Assembly (NCBI RefSeq): GCF_006345805.1
Contig: NC_043006.1
Span: 66,340,001-66,404,000 of the forward strand
Source of the DNA: Octopus sinensis
Taxonomy: Eukaryota
Direction: 5' to 3'
Length of the DNA: 64,000 nucleotides
Part shown: positions 24,419 to 37,328 of the stretch, piece after piece
Position numbering within the stretch: the first letter of the stretch is position 1
Layout: each line of letters opens with the position of its first letter
Program-made: the position numbers and the translations under genes
The notes under the pieces: model-generated
The model's database searches: none
What the model was told of the DNA's origin: nothing
The model's input: the letters and a program-made list of their open reading frames with translations, nothing else

Positions 24419-24509
24419 GTATGTATGTATGTATGTATGTATGTATGTATGTATGTATGTATGCATTTGTGCATGTATGTATTTGTCTATTTATGTATTT
24501 GCGCATATA

Positions 24510-25181
<672 letters not shown>

Positions 25182-25220
25182 TAAACCTAATATTCATTTT
25201 ACATTTTTAATATTTTCTGA

Positions 25221-25814
25221 GATACACGATCCCTCTTGATCGTTTTTTCACGATCCCTTTTGATCGGAATTTTATTTTTCTTCTTTTTTTCTATTTTCAA
25301 AAAGAAAAGCACTACATTGTATTTTGTGTTCGGCCTGTGTCAAACTCTTCTTCTTCTTCTTCTTGCTCTTGTTGTTGTTGTTGTTATTGTTGTTGTTGTT
25401 GTTATTATTGTTGTTGTCGTTGTTGTTGTTGTTCTTCTTCTTCTTTTTCTTCTTCTCCTCCTCCTCCTTCTCCTTCACCTGCTGCTCTCTTTCCCTCCCC
25501 CCCTCCCCCTCCTCCTCCTCATCTATCTTCTTCTTCTTCTTCTTCTTCTCCTCCTTCTTCTCCCCTTCCTCTCCTCCTCCTTCTTTTCCCTCTTCTACTT
25601 CTTCTTTTTCTTCTTCTTCCCTCCTCCCCTCCTCCTCTTCCTCCTCCTTCATCTCCTCCTCCTTCTTCTTCTTCTTCTTCTTCTTCTTCTTCTTCTTCTT
25701 CTTCTTCTTCTTCTTCTTCTTCTGTCACTCTTTGATCGATGAAAACTCCACTTGCTTTTTTGCGTTGCAACTCGTCCTCCATGTCATGTATGCTTATGGC
25801 CAATAAAAGAAATC
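25221..25814 (+). mobile_element. Diverged second copy of the Tx1-like 3' UTR, invaded by (CTT)n/(GTT)n
   Basis: GATACACGATCCCT.TTGATCGTTTTTT shared with 14656-14683; end TGGCCAATAAAAGAAAT resembles TGGTCAATAAAGAAACT at 14924-14940. Confidence 0.55.
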
Positions 25815-25898
25815 AGGAAATAATAAATGATCATGATGATGATCATCATCGTTATTATTACTATCATTATTATTATTATTATTTTATTATTATTATTA

Positions 25899-25931
<33 letters not shown>

Positions 25932-25955
25932 CATCATCATCGTCATCATTATTAC

Positions 25956-25986
<31 letters not shown>

Positions 25987-26036
25987 ATTATTATTATTAT
26001 TATTATTATCATCATCATTATTACTATTATTATTAC

Positions 26037-26100
<64 letters not shown>

Positions 26101-26483
26101 GTTATTAAAGTGAGATTGCAACTTTTATTTTAAAAATTTTGTTGTTATTAATATATGATAAATTGTTTTTATCTTAGTATCGTCAGTTTTCACAATGTTT
26201 TTAATATTCCTACGTAAAGTAGTTTAAGCAGCATTAGTTAAAAAATATTGCAATAGTTTAAAAGATTTTAAGATGGCTTTTCTTGTTTATTTCGTTTTTA
26301 AAGATGTTTATCTGACGGTGATGGCGAAGTGATGGTGATTGCTAAGTGATGGTGGTGATGTTATGGTGGCGCTGATGGCGGATGCTGTGATAAGCTTGTT
26401 CCGGTGATGGCAGTAGTGGTTAAACGTTTCGAATACAGTTGAGGGCTTGCGATAAGTGTCTGTAGGATGATATATATACATAC

Positions 26484-26595
<112 letters not shown>

Positions 26596-26611
26596 ATATA
26601 ATCTATATCTA

Positions 26612-26732
<121 letters not shown>

Positions 26733-27777
26733 TCTATATATATGTGTGTATATATCTATATGTATATATATATTTATATATATATGTATATATGCTTGTG
26801 TGTTTGCGTGTACGTGTGTATGAGTGCGCGGGTGTGCCTGCCCTTGTATGTGTGTGTGTGGTTAGCTGAAGGGTTTGTCTGGTCGGAAATGCTTTTGGGG
26901 AAGAATACGGATATGGACACAGAGGCATGGTGGATGGGGGCTAAAACTATATTGGGTAGAAGGTGGATATTCAAAAACTGCAAGTGGGGTACCATGAGTG
27001 GAAGTAAGGGTTGTTTCGCAGGTTTTGACTGGGGAAACGAAAGCGAGGAGTGTTATGCAGTCGTTATCCGGGTGGATGGAACTAAGAGGAGCAGAAATGA
27101 TTTTAACACGAATTCTAAGATTTCGTACGAAACTATTTCTTATTCGTTATTATTAGTGCAGATGGCGGGCTGTATCTATGCTATCCACTTACCTACATGC
27201 ATACATATATACATACTTACATACATGCACACACACATACATGCATACATACATACATACATACACACATACATACATACATACATACATACATACATTC
27301 ATACATAAATACATACATACATACATACATACATACATAAGTACATACATACATACATACATACATACATTCATTCATTGCATGCATAGATACATGCATT
27401 CATTCATACATACATACATACATACATACATACATACATGCATACATACATACATACATACATACATACATACATACATACATGCACATACGTACATATA
27501 TTCATACATTCATTGCATGCATACATAGATACAGTCATTCATACATACATATAGAAACGAAAACATACCACACACACACATATATATATATATATATAAA
27601 TAAATATATATGTATTTGTATATATATATTCATACATATACATATATACGAATACGTATATATGTTAATATATATGCATTTCTATATGTCTATATTATGC
27701 GTGCGAATACGTATGAATAATATACACAAATGCATGTATGTATATATATATATATATATAATATATATATATATATA

Positions 27778-27809
<32 letters not shown>

Positions 27810-28049
27810 ATGTGTGTGTATATTGTTGCTAACATACATGAGCACACATGCATATATACTCGCATGTATTTTCTACTATATGTATATATTCATGCCTATA
27901 TTGTGTAAACATATACCAACATATATATGTTCATTTGCACACACACATATATACATATGTACGTGTGAGTCTATATGTGTGTGTGTGTGTGTTTGTATGT
28001 GTGTATATCTCTCTCACTCTCTCCCTCTTTCTCTTTCTCCTCCTCTCTC

Positions 28050-28093
<44 letters not shown>

Positions 28094-28386
28094 AAAATAT
28101 ATACACAAGCATAAATAAATGTGCATATAACAATAGACACATACGTATGTTATACATTGAAGAGGAAGAAAGACATGCTTAGGAATATTTTGCATGCAAT
28201 CCCGCCATACTCAAGCAGCATATATAAATGCGTAAATGTGTATTCATACACACGTACATACATACACACTCACACACACGCACGCACATACACACACACA
28301 CACACACATACGCATATATGTATACGTATACATATGTGTCATATATATATCGCATATATATATGCGTAGAAATACATGTCTGTCTG

Positions 28387-28427
<41 letters not shown>

Positions 28428-29003
28428 TTATGGAGATAAAGAGAGAAAGAGAGAAGGGGAAAGAGAGGGGAGAGAAAGAGTGAATGAAAGAGTGAAAGAG
28501 CATGAAAGAAATAGAGAAAGACAGAGTATAAAGACTGATAACTAGACGGGGAAAAGAAAGAATTGCAACGAAAGCAATATGGAGGCGAAAGTAAATTTTA
28601 ACAAAAGGTGGTGATGGTGGTGGTGGTGGTGGCAGTGATGGAGAAGGCAAGTGGAGAGAAACTATAAAAAAAAAACTCAAAAGACAAAGCAAAATAAAAA
28701 ACAATAAAATACAAAATAACAATAAAAAATTTAAAAAAAACACAAGTAAAGAAACCAACGACAAACTATTTTTAAAAACACATCGCTAGCTTTTAACTCC
28801 GATAATAATAAAAGGCTAACATGATTCATAAATGTACACGAAATGACGTGAAGTAGAAATCGTAAAATGTTATAAAGTAGGAAAATTGCAAAATTTTAGT
28901 CCAGGGAGTTTTGGTAAAAGGGACGCCGCAGTAAGGTGAATGGAATTATTTAGTGGTTTGTCTTGTAGTTGGTACTGTTAGTGGTGGTGGTGGTAGTGGC
29001 GGC

Positions 29004-29075
<72 letters not shown>

Positions 29076-29786
29076 TGTTGTAATTATTTCTTGCTAAAAA
29101 TATTCGGTGAAAGAATCATGACCTCTTGAAAGAGAGGAGAAAATCCAATTATGAAAACGATTGTATTGAGGAAGAGAATGAGAGAAAGAAGGGGAGGGAG
29201 GGAGATGGAGATGGGGAGAAGAGAAAAAGTGAGAGAGTGAGAGAGAAAGAGAGGAAAGAAAGAGAGGAAAGAAAGAGAGAGAGAGAGGGATATGGAGAGA
29301 GGAAAATTACGAGAGAGAGTGACCGAGGGGAAGTGACAGAGAGATAAGAGAGGGAGAGGAAGGGAATAAATGTGAGAAATCGAGAGAGAGGGAATGAGAG
29401 AGAGAGAGAGAAAAGGAGAACGAAAAGATTGAGAAATTATGAGAAAGAGAGAGTGAATGTGTGAGAGAGAGAGAAAGAAAGAGAGAAGAATGTGTGTGTG
29501 AAAGAGAGAGAGAGAGAGAGAGAGAGAGTGACAGTGTGTGAGAGAAGCAATAAGAGAAACAGTACAAGAGAGGAAGACAGAAGAATGAGAGAATGTGTGT
29601 GAGAGAGAGAGAGTGATAGAGAGAGAGGGAAAGAAAAAGGGAGGTGGATCTGACGAAGAATGGTAAATTATTGTCATTTCTGTTGCTACTGTGTTGTGTG
29701 CGTGTGTGTGTGTGTGCGTGTGTACGTGTGTTTGTGTGTGTGTGCTTGCGCGTGTGTGTGTATCTGTGTGTGTAGGATGAGAAAGG

Positions 29787-30005
29787 ATAGCGCTCCTGCC
29801 AGAGTTATATAGACTCACAGGGCCGGTTTTGGGTGTCAGTGGCGCACATATTCCTCCCTGGATGGGACGCTACTCCCTCTCAGGATGACTCACTTTTGCC
29901 AGCTAAGTGGACTGGAGCAACGTGAAAGGAAGTGTTTTGCTCAAGAACACAACGCGTCGCCCGGCCCATGAATCGAAACAACAATCTTACGACTATGAAC
30001 CGAGA
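29787..30005 (-). mobile_element. tRNA-headed SINE family E
   Basis: Reverse complement GTTTCGATTC..GGGCGACGCGTTGTGTTCTTGAGCAAAAC matches 58950-58995. Confidence 0.75.
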
Positions 30006-30177
30006 AATCCCAACTATTAAGCCACGTATCTCCACACACACACAGACACACACAGACACACACACACAGACACACACACACACACACACACAACACACAC
30101 ACACAGACACACTCATATACACACACGCACGCACATACACACACACACAAACAGACACACACTTTTGATTATAATTC

Positions 30178-30333
30178 TTTTTAAACTCAGAGCAATGTAA
30201 ATTATGAAAATTAAAGAAAAAGCTGATGGTTTTAATTGGTATTTCAATAATTCGGGTTTAGCATCTCTTCATCAGGAAATCTACGAAGAAAACTTGTTAT
30301 CCGCTGACTTCTCTGACCTGTAGTGTATGTGCC

Positions 30334-30381
<48 letters not shown>

Positions 30382-30514
30382 CTTGGAATAATAACATTTC
30401 TCTAAAGATTTCTTGAAGAAGAGATTCTAACCCTGAAATATTGAAATATCAAGTAAACCGTCAACCTGTATTAATTTTATAACTTGCATTGTTTGGCTTA
30501 AAATAAAATCTAAG
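30178..30514. mobile_element. Fold-back element with about 125-bp diverged inverted arms carrying HHR-like cores
   Basis: Arm consensus AGATTTC(C/T)TGA(T/A)GAAGAGAT.CTAA.CC.GAA.TATTGAAATA; (GA)n spacer. Confidence 0.6.
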
Positions 30515-30567
30515 CAAAAACATTTATGTATATGAGACAATACATCATGCAAACTATGCCGCTCTGG

Positions 30568-30651
<84 letters not shown>

Positions 30652-30655
<4 letters not shown>

Positions 30656-31081
30656 GAAGTAGATTTGCCATTTAAATATGGCTAACCCCTAAGGGTGGAT
30701 GCTACCGTAGCTGGTAGCCCCAGGAGGACACCTCCTCTAGCTGGCTATAGACACTTTCTGTGCCCTATCAGTATTTCGCAAAGGGAAGCCATCCTTCCCG
30801 TCTTCAACCTATGATACAAACGGACTCGAGTTTCTGGATATTGACCTGTTATCAGCGTGTGACAATCATGGCTGTCGATGAAAAGTAGGCTTTCCTGTGC
30901 AAATATATATCCTTTTTCCAGTGACGTAAAGACACTGATATCGAAAGAGTGTAAACAAGCAAAAATAAATCTCTGAGCGAGGTATAAACAGTAGCTGCAA
31001 CACATTGTGAAGTATATTTTCCATTTAAATGGCAAATATACTTCACGATGTGTTGCAGCAACTGTTTATACCTCGCTCAGA
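30652..31081 (-). mobile_element. PLE-type terminal remnant: decayed HHR plus 110-bp terminal palindrome, in (TA)n
   Basis: Palindrome 30972-31081 (52/55 bp); 26-bp direct repeat 30652-30677 and 31005-31030 (24/26); minus strand CUGAUAA..UCCA GAAAC UCGA GUC at 30811-30869. Confidence 0.6.
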
Positions 31082-31149
<68 letters not shown>

Positions 31150-31643
31150 TAGAAAAAAACACCTTTTATCAATTCAAAATTGGGAGACTCTTCTTATAGT
31201 AGAAGAAATACCTAAATTCTTTGGCTGCTATTTCTAAAAGTTCGGTATGTGGTAAAGCAAATTTTTTTTGCTGAACCCTAATTATATTAAGTAATATATA
31301 TATATTAATTATAATGAAAGGTAAAAATATATTTATATATTAATTATAATGAAAGGTAAAAACCAGTGCGGAAATAAACCTTATAGGTAAATTTTACAAA
31401 TATTATAAAAATTGTATACATAATCATAACAAAAGATTGGCTATAAGCCTCTCCACGCCTAGAAATACACGCCAAAAGATGCTAATACCACATAAAAAAC
31501 TCCAAAAGTTTTGGGGAGATTTTAAGGTGGTTTTAGTGTCAAGCTCTGAGGCGGATTGAAACGCAGACATAAAGACAGGCACATATCCATACATGTGTGT
31601 ATGTGTGTATGTATATTTATATATATATATAAATATATGTATG

Positions 31644-31721
<78 letters not shown>

Positions 31722-31905
31722 TACAAAATTAGAAAATGGAGAAACATACTTAAATCAATAAACATCAACTATCAGATGATACCCAATCAATACTTTATTA
31801 CACCATTACATATCAGTAAAGGCATTATACAAAATATACAGTAAATGTAAATAGACAAAGAGATATAAGTATAAAATTTCAAATATAATATGTAATTAAA
31901 TCATA

Positions 31906-32015
31906 TCTGACAGCTGTTTCGGCAGCAAGGGCAGTCATACCTCATTTAACCTATAAGCCATAAAGGCAGGTATAAATGAGGCATTAACAAGGATGCCCCA
32001 CGGCCTCTTCAGAGA
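31906..32015 (-). ncRNA. Type I hammerhead ribozyme, intact core, minimal stem III, extended stem II
   Basis: Minus strand UCU CUGAAGA GGC [about 80-nt hairpin with GGGGCA/UGCCCU, UGCCUCAUUUA/UAAAUGAGGUA, ACCUG/UAGGU] GCC GAAAC AGCU GUC AGA; predicted cut between 31909 and 31908. Confidence 0.75.
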
Positions 32016-33959
32016 ATTAAATTTGTTATAATTGTGAAAAAATTATTTTTCCATATACATATAAATATAAAAATATAAAAATGTAAAATATAAAAACTTA
32101 TGCATAAACTTCATAATGCTACACTTATATAATATAATACTCATTGGTACAATAATGCAAGGTAAACAAAACAAAATAAAACAAAATATATATCAGTGTA
32201 TATATTAATATTAATAAGCACAGTTATACATATTTGGCTAATAGTTTTAAAAAAACTAACACATAGGGAGATGAAAAATAATAATTAAAACCATGGTTCA
32301 GTTCATAAAATTATAAAGCTATAAAAGTCAATAAAAATTACTATTAATATTAATAATAATAATAATAATAATAATAGATACAGTTATGTTTGCACCAAGT
32401 CCATCCTTTCAAGATCGAAATAACTATGAGTTTAGAAATTCTGACCACTAGGTAATGATTATTTAGATTAATTCGATTGGCTAGTAGTTTGAAATTTAAA
32501 TCACAAAAGAAATTTTACGGTTAGTTAGTCAAGGAACGCCAATATTCACACGCGCATCCACAGATCAATCGCACATACATACATAATTATATGTATACAC
32601 ACACACATACACTTATACACATACATAACCACAAGCAACAACTAGCACATAGATAAACAAATAGGGGAGCAACTATGCTGCCATTTAGTCTTTCAAAATT
32701 ATAACTATGCCTCAAATAACAAAAAAGATCCACTCATGCATTTCCATAAAATATTTATTTTAAAGATATATATATTTTTAAATATCAGTATGTTACGATG
32801 TCAGATACTATTTCACTGGGTAACTTAAATTTATAACACCGGTTTATTGCATAGTAAACATACCGGTTATTAGATTTACCGTAAGTTTGTTATGATTCCA
32901 AGTACGCTAAGTTATAAAATATATATTAATTTATATATTATAAATATATCTCTTTTTTACTTAATAAATTCAATGCCATAATATACCAGATTAGGCATTA
33001 AATAATATCAACTTGGGGAAGTACTAATGCAATCGTATATAAGAACATCACAGAAATATAAAAAATTAATATATTGTAAATACTTAAGTTAAAATGTGAT
33101 AAAATAAATAAGAAGAAATAATTACGGTTACACACATATTATAAGTACAAACCAGTATATATGTATTCATATATTATTAAAATAAAAAATAAAAATAAAT
33201 GATAGATATGTATGTATAAAACTACACTTGTATAAGTAAATAAGTAAAAAATAAATAGATAACAAATTAGATGACTTGATATGTATGTATAAATCTACAC
33301 TTAAATAAGCACTTAAATAAGCAAATAAATAAATAGTTAGAAGACTAAATGCAAAGATAGATACCATTGCAATAAAATAAAAAATAAAGTGAATATATAT
33401 ATTATATTGATGAAAGTAAACATGTATGGAAGGATAATTTAAAGTACAGATCCAGAAGAGTATAGATATAAACTAAATATATAAGGCTAGTAATATTTAT
33501 AAAGCCAAATGTTTGTAAATGAAAAGGTTTATTAGTAAATAGCATAAGATACAAATTAAGGTGAGTACAAAGAAAGACCAAATATACAATATAAACCTGC
33601 CAAATAAACACATACAAAAAACCTAGATTCTCAACCTAAACAAACCAAACTCACAAAATGCTCTCATATATTACATATTACACAATAGCATTACATTATC
33701 TAGAGCTAGGTATCTAACCAAGATATACATATACACTATGCAATATTAGAAAACTTCAAAAATCACATATTACAAGGCAAATACCAAAATGAATATGTTA
33801 TTTCATGTCATATTGCATTTCCCTTAAAAACAAGACAAAAACCCACATATAAAAAACAAGAAACAATTAATACTAGACACATCTATTATTATTATACAAA
33901 TGTAGCTATAAAAATTATAAAATTATAAATTTATAAGTTGCATACTTTAGAATTATAGA

Positions 33960-34270
33960 AGACCACTGGTATAGTTAGTTATAGAAGGGAGTTAAAAAAT
34001 TATTAATAGTAGAAGTGCTAAGTTCTATTTGAATCTAGAAAAGGTGAACGGTAGTCTATGAATGCAAAAAAGTTTTTTCATTTATGTTGTTAATAATTTG
34101 CCTACCCTCTTTAATAATGAAAAAAAATTCATTAATACATAGAGAGCATTTTTTATTTTTTCCATTATACACAGGTGCTGAAGTTAGTATTTCCTGTTTA
34201 ATCTAAAATCTAAGTTCTTACTTTTAAGTTCCCAGATGTATCTATGTATTAGTCTTGTTGGGTACCTATC
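33960..34270 (-). pseudogene. Penelope-like element GIY-YIG endonuclease C-terminal fragment
   Basis: Minus strand HRYIWELKSKNLDFRLN.EILTSAPVYNGKNKKCSLCINE..IINNINE with one frameshift. Confidence 0.65.
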
Positions 34271-34286
34271 TAGCAGTATATATATA

Positions 34287-34316
<30 letters not shown>

Positions 34317-34319
<3 letters not shown>

Positions 34320-35223
34320 AATTAGTAATGCAATACTAGAGTATTGCTTTCCAGTAAAGAATAGCCCGTCAGGGAAAAATATACAAAGAAGTAAATATAT
34401 GGCACAACGAAGTACCGATATTTACTGGAAATAACGAACGTAATAATACGACGCTAATGTATAGCTTCACCGCATATGTACTAGCAAAAATGCGTGTGTG
34501 CAACAAACTAGAAAAAATTGTCTTACCTCAGGGAGAATATCTGAAAGATGAAATACCTGGAAAAGGATAATGTGGGACCTGCGCAAATTTCAGATTTTTC
34601 AAGATATGTCTGCACCCATAAACTTGATCTATCTTCATCAGCCAAACATATACCACGACAACGTTTCAGATGTTACCACATTAATGCCATTACACTCGAC
34701 TCAAACGTCGAAACGCTAACAGCACGAGAACGGTGAAGAAGTTTCAATAAATTAGTAATGCAATACTAGAGTATTGCTCTCCAGTAAAGAATAGCCCGTC
34801 AGGGAAAAATATACAAAGAAGTAAATATATGGCACAACGAAGTACCGATATTTACTGAAAATAGCGAATGTAATAATACGACGCTAATGTATAGCTTCAC
34901 CGCGTATGTACTAGCAAAAATGCGTGTGTGCAACAAACTAGAAACAATTGTCTTACCTCCAGGGAGAACATCTGAAAGATGAAATACCTGGAAAATAATA
35001 ATGTGGGACCTGCGCAGGTTTCAGATTTTTCAAGATATGTCTGCACCCATAAACTTGATCTATCTTCATCAGCCAAACATATACCACGACAACGTTTCAG
35101 ATGTTACCACATTAATGCCATTGCACTCGACTGAAACGCCGAAACGCTAACAGCACGAGAACGGTGAAGAAGTTTCAATAAATTAGTAATGCAATACTAG
35201 AGTATTGCTTTCCAGTAAAGAAT
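34317..35223. repeat. Tandem duplication of a 430/431-bp unit (2.1 copies)
   Basis: AAATTAGTAATGCAATACTAGAG at 34319, 34749 and 35180; units highly similar. Confidence 0.95.
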
Positions 35224-36332
35224 GCCAAAATCACAAAGTATGGAAGGCCAGCGGTGCCAAAACCACAAAGTATGGAAGGCCAGCGGTGCCAAAACCACAA
35301 AGTATGGATGGCCAGCGGTGCCAAAATCCCAAATTTTGGAAAATTCTTCGGTGAAAATTTTCCGCAAAAATTTTCGTAAAATTTTTGGGTAAAATCTTTG
35401 GTGAAAAATTCTTGGGGAAATTTTTGGGGAAAATTTTCGAAAATCGCTAAGTATGGACGGCTAGCGGTGCCAAAATCACAAAGTATGGAAGGCCAGCGGT
35501 GCCATAATCACAAAGTATGGATGGCCAATGGTGCCAAAATCCCAAATTTTGGAAAATTTTTTTGTTGAAAATTTTCAGCAAAAATTTTCGGTGAAAATTT
35601 TTCAAAAATTTTTGAGGGGAATAACTAACAATCTTTGGGGAAAATTTTCATTGAAAATTTTTGTAAAATTTTCGGGAAAATTTTCGGTGAAAATTTTCGA
35701 AACATTTTTCGAGAAAATTTTCGGTGAAAATTATCGAAAAATTTTGGCTAACATATTCGTTGAAAATCTTGGAAAAGTTTTTGAGGTAAATTTTCTGTGT
35801 AAATTTTGGAAAAATTTTGTTGAAAATTTTAGAAAAATTTTTGGTGAAAATTTTCGAAAAATATTTGGTAAATTTTTAGGGAAAATTTTCGGTGAAAAGT
35901 TTGAAAAAATTTTGGTGGAAAATTTTCTGTGAAAATTTTCAGAAAAAATCTGGGTAAAATTTTCGAAAAATATTTCGAGAAAATGGAAGGCCAGCGGTGC
36001 CAAAATCACAAATTTTGGAAAAATTTTCGGTGAAAATTTTCGGCAAAAATTTTGGCAAAATTTTCGGGTAAAATTTTCGATGAAAAATTCCTGGGGAAAT
36101 TTTTCGAGAAAATTTTCCCCAAATATTTTTCGAAAATTTTCTCGAAAAATTTCCCCCAAAATTTTCAACGAAAATTTTACCCAAAAATTTTACGAAAATC
36201 TTTCCAAAATTTGTGATTTTGTCACCGCTGGCCTTCCATAGTTTGTGATTATGGCACCACTGGCCTTCCATACATTGTGATTATGGCACCGCTGGCCTTC
36301 CATACTTTGTGATTTTGGCACCGCTGGCCTTC
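35224..36332. repeat. 32-bp minisatellite blocks alternating with GAAAATTTTC tracts; terminal block inverted
   Basis: GCCAAAA(T/C)CACAAAGTATGGAAGGCCAGCGGT at 35224, 35256, 35288; again about 35445-35545 and 35984-36015; reverse-complement copies 36212-36332; perfect 24-bp inverted repeat centred near 36125. Confidence 0.9.
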
Positions 36333-36500
36333 ACCTCATTTTACATGTCACCTCATTTTATATGTCCCTGTAAATTTTGGAGTGAATCGGACGGGATGTA
36401 CTGGCTTTGAAAGCGATCCAAGCGGTAAAAACGCATTTCAGTTTTATATATAGAGACTAGCTGAAGGTGACACGCTCTACGCGCGGGTAAGAGTGTGGTT
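36333..36500 (+). mobile_element. Possible non-autonomous Helitron/Helentron-like 3' end abutting the start of another copy
   Basis: AAATTTTGGAGTGAATCGGAC..AAAGCG..CGCATTT..GTTTTATATATAGAG, then ACTAGCTGAAGGTGACACGCTCTACGCGCGGG; resemblance from memory of such termini only. Confidence 0.35.
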
Positions 36501-36609
36501 GTTACTTTCTGTTGCTTCCTTTCAGCACGTAAAAAGCACCATCCGAACGTGGCGGATTGCAGCACACACATTATGTGTGTGTGTGTGTGTATACACACAC
36601 ATACATACA

Positions 36610-36730
36610 CGATGGGCTTTTCCCGTTTCTGTCTTCCAAATTCCATCACAAGGCATTGGACTGTTGTCGAAGTGGGACCAAACCCTAAATCACGTGGTTG
36701 CAAAGTGATTCTTATAACAACATAGCCAAA
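36610..36730 (-). mobile_element. SINE family A head, degenerate
   Basis: ACGATGGGCTTTTCCCGTTTCTGTCTTCCAAATTCC..CACAAGGCATTGG. Confidence 0.55.
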
Positions 36731-37290
36731 TATATAATGCGAGTATAGTTAAATACATTAATAAAAAAAAATATGGATTTTCCACGATGTTTTAGTTTGA
36801 ACATACAATCTCGGATCAAGCCATTTGGAAACATTTTTAACTCTGGCGTATTTTAAAATGTTACTGAAACAGAATCCTAAATATAGAGGAAACTTTATTT
36901 GATGAAATGTGCAAGATATATGCAACTAAATGCACCTGCTCAATCTTTAATGCATTTCGGTAATGCTAAAATGGAAGCTATTTCTGTCTTTTGTTTCATT
37001 GGTCTTTAGTCATTTGCAGTGGATGGTCAGTTATTTATTCAGCTGGTCAGTTCGTGAAAAAACATGTTTTGGTTGGTAATAATGGTCAGACAAATATAGG
37101 TAGAAAGAGAGGGCAGGAAGGCGGGATGGAGGGAGAGAGACAGAGAGTGATTGAGGGAGTGAGAGAGACCGAGAGAGAGAGAGATAGAGAGATAGAGAGG
37201 TTGTCAAAGAGAGAGAGATAGAGACAGGGAGACAGAGAAGGATATATAGGGGAGAGACTGAGAGAGAGAAAGAGCGACAGAAATATATAA

Positions 37291-37328
<38 letters not shown>

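Noticed and set aside
31540-31575. CTCTGAGGCGGATTGAAACGCAGAC as a minimal HHR
   Set aside because: Core and stem II cannot be assigned
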